A stretch of DNA of 16,231 bases, from the NCBI RefSeq assembly GCF_006345805.1, contig NW_021825117.1:1-16231 (forward strand), in the 5' to 3' direction. The translations under genes were made by a program, and so were the position numbers. Shown here piece by piece: positions 9,379 to 16,231 of the stretch; the stretch's first letter is position 1; each line of letters begins with the position of its first letter. The stretch comes from Octopus sinensis (lineage: Eukaryota). The notes under the pieces were generated by a model, which made no database searches, was not told where the DNA came from, and was given only the letters and a program-made list of their open reading frames with translations.

Positions 9379-9732
9379 CAGCTCTTCTACGGTGAACTCA
9401 GCCAGGGCAAACGCAAAGTCGGAGGGCAGAAAAAGCGCTTCAAGGACAGTCTCAAGGTCTCTCTCAAAGACTTCTCCATCGGCACAGAGACCTGGGAGAC
9501 GCTTCCTGCCGACCGCTCATCCTGGCGCAGTGCAATCACCACAGGAGCAGGGACAGCCGAGGAGGGACAGATTCGGTCAGCAGAGCAGAAACGCCAGATG
9601 CGGAAAGCCAGAGCCGCCTGCACCAGTAGCACGGCCCCTACCCACTTCTGCCCCACCTGTGGGAGGGGCTTCCTTGCTCGGATTGACCTCACCAGCCACC
9701 TCTGGTCTCATAGCAGCGGTTCCACCAGATGA
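9379..9732 (+). pseudogene. RTE/BovB-type ORF2 C-terminus with C2H2-spaced zinc finger
   Basis: QLFYGEL..GKRKVGGQKKRFKDSLK, DRSSWR and CPTC-x12-H-x3-H; frame open to TGA at 9730-9732. Confidence 0.85.
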
Positions 9733-9783
9733 TGTCAGTGGTCACCTTCGAACCCGAAGGACGAACATTATATTATTATATTA
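9382..9783 (+). mobile_element. 5'-truncated RTE/BovB-type LINE (family 2) with 9-bp TSD
   Basis: TTATTACAG at 9373-9381 and 9784-9792; ORF2 C-terminus; 3' hairpin ccttcg-aacc-cgaagg (9745-9760); (TTA)-type tail. Confidence 0.88.
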
Positions 9784-9912
9784 TTATTACAGAAACAGAC
9801 ATGAATGTGTCTATGGCTTATGATTGGCTAAAATTACCAAAATTTTCAAACTTTAATTGCTAACAACTCTTTATTTATGGATTTATAGCGAAAATGATTT
9901 TCATGTCACTCA

Positions 9913-10283
9913 TCTCTCTCTATATAAACGGTAGTTTGTCTGTGTGTCTGTTAGGTTGTACCCTCACCCTGACCACGGCTTTCAACCGATTCTGATGAAA
10001 CTTGACACACACATAGCCCAATGTCATAATTCAAAACTAACGCAGCGAAAATTTTGAAAAGTTCCCCCAGTTCTGAATAAATCGATAAATTCGACATGGG
10101 GTCAAAAATCAGAAACACAAACCACAGACTGTCTAGGGGACGCAACTCGACCTTTTTAACTCTCAAAAAAAATTTACCATAATTTTTTTTCCATTTTTTT
10201 GCTCTTTTTTGGCTATAACTCTCTAAAAATGCTTTATAGTTATTTCCCTTACAAACCCGAGCAACACCGGGCGATACTGCTAG
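9913..10283 (+). mobile_element. Non-autonomous Helitron, copy 2
   Basis: Nearly identical to 6671-7055; A9912|TC...CTAG|T10284; one G>A change in the hairpin. Confidence 0.9.
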
Positions 10284-10367
10284 TTAGCCTATAGAAGTGT
10301 ATTATTACACTGAATATGAAATCAATTTGAACAGAATTGATGCTGGCAACCAAACTGACTACATCCT

Positions 10368-10452
10368 CAATTTCTTTGACTAAAAAACCCTTTAAGGTGT
10401 CGCTCCAGCATGACCACAATCAAATGACTGAAACAAGTAAAAGAATAAAAGA
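10368..10452 (+). mobile_element. Old SINE family A-type 3' tail
   Basis: gctccagcatgaccacaatcaaatgactgaaacaagtaaaagaataaaaga. Confidence 0.75.
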
Positions 10453-10530
10453 CTCTGCTCAACATTTTGATCTCCAGTCTTGACCCCCTCCTCCGATACG
10501 TTTACTTTGATTCACAAACTTTGGTTTTAA

Positions 10531-11163
10531 CCCTTCAGCATTTCAATTTCTCTGTTAAATCTAAATCTTATATTTTTTTTTACTCTTTTACTTGTTTCAG
10601 TCATTTGACTGCAGCCATGCTGGAGCACCGCCTTTAGTCGAGCAAATCGACCCCGGGACTTATTCTTTGTAAGCCCAGTACTTATTCTATTGGTCTCTTT
10701 TGCCGAACCGCTAAGTGACGGCGACGTAAACACACCAGCATCGGTTGTCAAGCAATGCTAGGGGACAAACACAGACACACAAACCACACACACACACATC
10801 ATATATATATACATATATACGACAGGCTTCTTTCAGTTTCCATCTACCAAATCCACTCACAAGGCATTGGTCGGCCCGGGGCTATAGCAGAAGACACTTG
10901 CCCAAGATGCCACGCAGTGGGACTGAACCCAGAACCATGTGGTTGGTTAGCAAGCTACTTACCACACAGCCACTCCTGCGCCATATTCACATTCTTTTGA
11001 ATTAATCATGGATTATCTTGTAATTTTGAGATTTTGATGATATGTTTCTTTATTTTTTTAAGTGACATTGTAGGATGTGCGTAAGAGGCCAGATCTGGTT
11101 GGCTTGGACACAAATCAAGGTAGAAGATTTGGGCCGAATGTGGCCCGTTTGAATGTTAAAAGC
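10531..11163. mobile_element. Decayed TTAA-flanked (piggyBac-like) MITE, interrupted by a SINE
   Basis: TTAA at 10527-10530 and 11164-11167; ends cccttcagcatt / aatgttaaaagc are 8/12 complementary. CCC termini with TTAA targets are piggyBac hallmarks. Confidence 0.55.
10575..10982 (-). mobile_element. SINE family A, full length, young
   Basis: Complete head GGCGCAGGAGTGGCTGTGTGGTAAG to tail; probable TSD ATATT at 10570-10574 and 10983-10987. Confidence 0.95.
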
Positions 11164-11511
11164 TTAACCATTTCCAGAAGCTGATTCCATATCTCTCTCC
11201 AGTCTTTTCCAAAATGTTTCTGCGGCAGCTGCAACAAGTATTTGGCTTCTTCCCTGTAGTTCCAATGTCTTTAAACCCTGCCATTTCTGATGGTTATTTT
11301 TATGAAAGACGATGGAGGAATCAGAAAAAAACACAATTGAATTAACAAAGAATTCAATGATTCCACGAATGATTCAAGGAAACCGACAAAGTCTTATCTG
11401 TGCACAAAGGAACATGATGTCTGGTGAAGAAAGCCTCACAAAGTGTATTTAATGGAATAAAAAGTAATCTTTCATAATTTGAAACTGAGGGGAAAAAAAA
11501 AAGAAAAAAAA

Positions 11512-11921
11512 GGCGCAGGAGTGGCTGTGTGGTAAGTAGCTTGTTTACCAACGACATGGTTCCGGGTTCAGTCCCACTGCATGGCACCTTGGGCAAGTAT
11601 CTTCTACTATAGCCTCGGGCCGACCAAAGCCTTGTGAGTGGATTTGGTAGACGGAAACTGAAAGAAGCCCGTCGTATATATGTATATATATATGGTGTGT
11701 GTGTGTGTGGTTTGTGTGGTCTGTGTTTGTGCACCATAGCATTGCATGACAACCGATGCTGTGTGTTTGTGTCCCCGTTACTTAGCGGTTCGGCAAAAGA
11801 GACTGATAGAATAAGTACTGGGCTTACAAAGAATAAGTCCCGGGGTCGATTTGCTCGACTAAAGGCGGTGCTCCAGCATGGCCACAGTCATATGACTGAA
11901 ACAAGTAAAAGAGTAAAAGAG
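11512..11921 (+). mobile_element. SINE family A, full length, young
   Basis: A-box-like gtggctgtgtggtaag, B-box-like gggttcagtccc, CORE-like accttgggcaagt, internal (TA)n(TG)n, gactgaaacaagtaaaagag tail. Confidence 0.95.
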
Positions 11922-12165
11922 AAAGAGAATATGGAATAAATGGTTGTTGGTTGGTTGCTCTCAGCCATTCTGTCAGTGGTGGCATTTGGAAAATAAAAGC
12001 TGACAAAGATTTGCTTTAAAATTGGATAAAGTTTTATAAAGAGGGAATTGTGTGTTGTTTCAAGATTAGAGAAGGGATACAGAAGTGAATGGGGCCGAAG
12101 TGAAAACACGGAACAACATTGGAGAAAGACATTTCCACGGTTCTGATTGTTGTTACATACAGGAT

Positions 12166-12565
12166 AGTGTGTGTGTGTGTGCATGCGTGTGTGTGTGTGA
12201 GCATGTGTGTGTGTGTGAGCATGCGTGAGTGTGTGTGTGTGCATGAATGGACGTGTGTGTGTGTCTGCGTGTGTTGTGCATTGAGTGTGAATGAGTGAGT
12301 GTGCATGCGTGTGTGTGTGAGCATGCGTGAGTGTGTGTGTGCATGAATGGACGTGTGTGTGTCTGTGTGTGTTGTGCATTGAGTGTGATGTGTGTGTGTG
12401 TGTGTGCATGTGTGTGTATGTGCATGCGTGTGTGTGTGCATGCGTGTGTGTGTGAGCATGCGTGAGTGTGTGTGTGTGTGCATGAATGGACGTGTGTGTG
12501 TCTGCCTGTGTTGTGCATTGAGTGTGAATGAGTGAGTGTGCGTGTGCATGTATGTGTGTGTGCAT
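12166..12565. repeat. TG-based complex satellite with three ~100-140-bp higher-order units
   Basis: Anchor gcatgaatggacg at 12241, 12341 and 12480, each followed by gttgtgcattgagtgtga. Confidence 0.9.
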
Positions 12566-12983
12566 GAAGAGTGTCTGATAATGACGACAACAATTCCAAC
12601 AACAACAACAACAACAGACATTCCTGATTAGGCAATTAATTAGTTAATTACAGAAGATTGGTTCAGAAGAGGCTGGGATAATATTCCAGGGTGGAGCAAG
12701 GGTAATATTACAGATAGATTAGGGCTGGGGTGGGGTTTAGTCCCAAATCAACCCTCATTAGACAGATCTATTAGTAAAGATATTCCACTTGTGACCATCC
12801 CATCGCTTTAAAGCTGCATAGGACCACACTTACCAATGTAACATTACTTTATTTAAAATGCCAGGAAACAATGAGGGAGAGTTGGTCACTATTTCTAGTA
12901 CATCAGGCAACTACATAGAGGTTGCCTCACTGATTCAACAAGTTGGGGATAGTGTTACCAAGTTGACTGGGCTTATCATTACA

Positions 12984-13388
12984 CTAGCAGCATAGCCCGG
13001 CGTTGCCCGGGTATGTAAGAGCCCCTAGTAGGCAACGACTAATCCCAATCTAGTCCTTTCCCCCTAGGGAACGAAGGCGCCTGTGTAGGTTGCAATGTCT
13101 TCTCTTCACTCGAATACTTCTGTGTATACGATGTTCCTAGCTGTCTCCCGACAGAAAATGTGTTGCATATAAAAAGCTTAGATTCTCGACCCATGCGAAT
13201 TTATCGATTTTTTTCAGAACTGGGGAACTTTTCAAAATTTTCGCTGCGTTAGTTTTGAATTATGACATTGGGCTATGTGTGTGTCAAGTTTCATCAGAAT
13301 CGGTTGAAAGCCGTGGTCAGGGTGAGGGTACAACATGACAGCCACACAGACACACAGACAGACAAACTGCCGTTTATATATATAGAGA
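12984..13388 (-). mobile_element. Non-autonomous Helitron, copy 3 (same 5' module, different 3' module)
   Basis: On the minus strand A|TCTCTATATATATAAACGGCAG...cccgggcaacgccggg-8 nt-CTAG|T; shares about 200 bp of 5' sequence with copies 1 and 2. Confidence 0.9.
13106..13191 (-). pseudogene. Putative relic of the Helitron RepHel (PIF1-type helicase) extreme C-terminus
   Basis: With one frameshift at the G-run near 13148 it reads GRESKLFICNTFSVG-ETARNIVYTEVFE*, resembling the T-x-N-I-V-Y-x-E-V ending of RepHel proteins. Confidence 0.6.
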
Positions 13389-13705
13389 TATAAAAGAGGG
13401 GTTACTTTACAGAAAGGATTGGGGTCACTGCCACAGGTTGGAGTGGTGGCACAATGCTAGCGATAGCAAAGAAAAACTGACAGAAAACAAATAATTGAAA
13501 TTATATAGAGACTTGGTCTGATCAATGAGTATCCGGACTGTGGCCATAGTAACAAAGCTAAAGAACACAGAGTGAAGCTGCTTGGCACAGATTGACTGTG
13601 ATCTCAGCTGTACTTGCCCACTAAGTTTTGACATTCTGGTTCCCTTGCGCTGTTTACAGCAGAGCTTAGAAGTAAAGTCTGTAGTTTATGTTCGTTGCAT
13701 TGAAT

Positions 13706-14187
13706 ATGACAGAGAAAGTTGAGCAGAGAATAAGCATCAAATTTTGCTAAAAGCTTGGAGTGGCTGTGTGGTAAGTAGCTTGCTAACCAACCACATGGTT
13801 CCGGGTTCAGTCCCACTGCGTGGCATCTTGGGCAAGTCTCTTCTGCTATAGCCCCGGGCCGACCAATGCCTTGTGAGTGGATTTGGTAAACGGAAACTGA
13901 AAGAAGCCTGTCGTATATATTTATATATATATATATGTGTGTGTTTGTGTGTCTGTGTTTGTCCCCCTAGCATTGCTTGACAACCAATGCTGGTGTGTTT
14001 ACGTCCCCGTCACTTAGCGGTTCGGCAAAAGAGAACGATAGAATAAGTACTGGGCTTACAAAGAATAAGTCCCGGGGTCGATTTGCTCGACTAAAGGCAG
14101 TGCTCCAGCATGGCCACAGTCAAATGACTGAAACAAGTAAAAGAGTAAAGAGAGAGAGAGATATCTGCTCAAAGGCTTAAGCAAAGT
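13706..14187 (+). pseudogene. Mariner transposase N-terminus (left arm), split by a SINE
   Basis: MTEKVEQRISIKFC*KLG (13706-13759) resumes after the SINE as DICSKA*AK (14160-14186), matching GDNCSWAYAK of the right arm. Confidence 0.75.
13757..14157 (+). mobile_element. SINE family A, near full length, young
   Basis: Lacks the first ~5 nt; closest to the 10575-10982 copy; possible GAG duplication at its ends. Confidence 0.95.
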
Positions 14188-14572
14188 TTTAAAAAAGTTT
14201 TCATCATTCTTGACACAATCAAGGAGATCTTGTGTGACTGAAACCCGAATATGTTTTTGGTCAGCTGAAAGCAGTTTTGGCACAAAGTTGACAGACACGC
14301 ATCTCATACCCAAATCTTCAGTGAAAATGGACTCAACTGAACTGTAACTAATCTGCACATCCTCTGATAACTCACGGATGGTGATTCGACGATTTCCCCT
14401 CACAGCTAGAGTCACATCTGTGAGGTTTTTCTCAGTTCTGCTGGTTGCAGGTCTCCCAGAACATTCATCAATTCATATACTTGTGTGTGGCTCATAGACT
14501 CCTCTCCATACACTTTCTGCAACTTTGCGTAAGCCCATGAGCAGTTATCACCATGAGAACTTTGTCTGTTAT
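14183..14572 (-). pseudogene. Mariner transposase N-terminal part (right arm), with deletions and frameshifts
   Basis: AYAKLQKVYGEESMSHTQVYE and RRITIRELSEDVQISYSSVESIFTEDLGMRCVSVNFVPKLLSADQK (HTH domains and WVPHEL-like FVPKLL); stops before the D,D34D catalytic region; start codon decayed to ATA. Confidence 0.88.
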
Positions 14573-14800
14573 GGTCAATGTGATGATCACATGCTACACA
14601 TCTTCCTTCCAAGCACTGCTGTAAACAGTGGAAGTGATCTAAAACGTTAAAACTTAGTCAGCATGCACAGCTAAGGCCAAGGTCAATATGTGCCAAGCAG
14701 CTTCACTCTGTGTTCTTTAGCTTTGTAACTATAGCAACAGTCCGGATACTCATTGATCAGACCACATATATTATATATATATATATATACACACACACAC

Positions 14801-15141
14801 AGGCATGGCTATGTGGTAAGAAGTTTGTGTCTAGGTTCAGTACCACTCTGTGGCACCTTGGGCAAGTGTCTTCTATTGGAGCCCTGAGTTGACAAAAGCC
14901 ATGGAAGTGAATTTGGTAGACAGGAACTGAATGAAGTCCACTGTGTGTGTACAAATCTATATATGTGCATTTGTGTTTGTCCCACACTGATGCTTGGCAA
15001 CCAAGGTTGGTTTGTTTACATTCCTGTAACTTAGTAGGTTGGCAAAATGATACCAACAAATGGGGTTGACTAGTTCAACAAAACCCTTCAGGGTGGTACT
15101 GCAGCATGGTCACAGTCCAATGACTGAAACAAGTAAAAGAG
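14801..15141 (+). mobile_element. Old, diverged SINE family A-type copy
   Basis: ggcaccttgggcaagtgtcttcta and tgactgaaacaagtaaaagag are retained; many substitutions and deletions elsewhere. Confidence 0.8.
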
Positions 15142-15148
15142 AAGATAA

Positions 15149-15151
15149 CAA

Positions 15152-15182
<31 letters not shown>

Positions 15183-15197
15183 CTTGTGTGTGTGTGA
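15149..15197. repeat. (CA)n-(TA)n-(TG)n compound microsatellite
   Basis: Direct reading. Confidence 0.9.
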
Positions 15198-15699
15198 TGT
15201 ATGTATTGTATGTATGGGCAAAGGTACAGACAACTTCAAAACAAAATGGTCTTTGGTAGAATACTACTACGTGTGTGTAACTGTATATACACACACAGTT
15301 ACAGACATCAATGAGAAGACTACTGATCAACTGGTGCATTGAACCAGAAGTACCTTCTGATATTTATTCTGTTTGTGTCACACAAACATTCTCTGCTATC
15401 ATCATAAATGGAGAGAAAAACCAAGGACTGGTCAAGTGGAAAAGAATTTTTTTTTAAAAACTTATAACCAATGAGATTATTGTTCGCAGAATTAAAATAA
15501 AAAAAATATACAATGTACGATGAAATACGGGGGGGGGGGGAAACGAAAGTTAAAGGAATGTGATGTTTATTTGAAATAAAAACAAGATGGGGGCGGGGGT
15601 GTTGGGGGGGGGGCAATACCAAAGTTTGATTTGAATGAAACTTTTGAACTTTAAGACATGACAAAGATACAGGAAGAAGGATTATATCACACAGCAAAC

Positions 15700-15751
15700 A
15701 TGTGTGTGTGTGTGTACATATATATACATGTATGTATGTATATGTATGTAT
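15700..15751. repeat. (TG)n/(TATG)n microsatellite
   Basis: Direct reading. Confidence 0.9.
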
Positions 15752-16231
15752 GCCAGGAAAATGACAATTTAATACATTAACTCTTTGGAGATGAACACTT
15801 TTGATGTTTTCTAAAGAAAAACCATTTTTATGAGATAAATAAAACAGTATAAAAGGTGTTAATATTTAAAATTCTGAAGAAAAATATCTTAAGCCTTTTT
15901 ATAGACCATTTATCTAAGAAAAAACTCTGCTTATGTTCTTCAATAAATTTTGAAAATAATCAAGAATTTGCAAGAATTTAATAAACTATAACAAATTTTT
16001 CATTTCCAAGTTGAAGTTTGGAACATAAAAGAGTCTTGTATAGAGTTATGGGTGGAAGATTTTCGGTTTGGAGGTAGGCAATTGATAATGGACGGCATTT
16101 TATTGGTAAAAAGGATTGGGGAGAGTAAAGGGGTTAATCATCACAACAAAGAGAAGTGTGTGTGTGTGTGTGGTGTGTGTTTTTTTGTTGTTTTTTTTTA
16201 ATGAAGAGGACATTAGCAATGTCTGCATTGT

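Larger units (their letters stand above)
13512..14766. mobile_element. Mariner-derived element made of two inverted 5' ends
   Basis: Inverted arms 13514-13720 and 14558-14764 align without gaps; both lead into the transposase N-terminus; TA at 14767-14768, left flank decayed to GA. Confidence 0.85.

Noticed and set aside
10745-11005. Recurrent ORFs such as PNPLTR..GTEPGTMWLVSKLLTTQP (also near 4496, 11354 and 13737)
   Set aside because: These are antisense translations of the SINE A head, not a gene family.
11170-11500. Possible host exons between the inverted SINEs (acceptor-like tracts on both strands)
   Set aside because: The short frames resemble no protein I recognise and donor sites are weak; the minus-strand pyrimidine tract may be just an A-rich run.
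11888-12635. Three overlapping His/Thr-rich ORFs of 160-225 aa
   Set aside because: All three minus-strand frames are open because (CA)n-type repeats lack stops.
15777-16050. AT-rich stretch starting ttaactcttt, possibly a decayed TTAA-type MITE
   Set aside because: No matching right TIR or TSD found and no second copy in the window, so it cannot be supported.
1-16231. CRISPR array, prokaryotic operon or defence system
   Set aside because: No regular repeat-spacer array, no gene-dense region, and all recognisable coding fragments are transposon-derived.

Overview
Eukaryotic non-coding DNA made almost entirely of interspersed repeats and microsatellites. The repeat types (tRNA-headed SINEs with internal TA/TG microsatellites, RTE LINEs with (GAT)n tails, long (TA)n/(CA)n/(ACC)n arrays) suggest an octopus genome; this is recognition, not a database result. 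I found no host protein-coding exon, true tRNA/rRNA gene or CRISPR array; most ORFs in the track are microsatellite or SINE artefacts. Contents: about 11 copies or fragments of one ~400-bp SINE (family A), two other SINE families, two RTE-clade LINE families, three non-autonomous Helitrons with exact A|TC...CTAG|T ends, a TTAA-flanked MITE, a fold-back MITE and a mariner derivative, several of them nested. Best leads: (1) a mariner element built from two 5' ends fused tail-to-tail, with arms 96% identical over the outer 76 bp but only 73% over the next 131 bp; (2) a mini-Helitron whose swapped 3' module appears to keep the RepHel helicase C-terminus; (3) a young, ~60% GC RTE/BovB-type insertion with a perfect 9-bp TSD and an intact zinc-finger ORF end. 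I do not see evidence for a new multi-gene system. All alignments and counts were done by hand.
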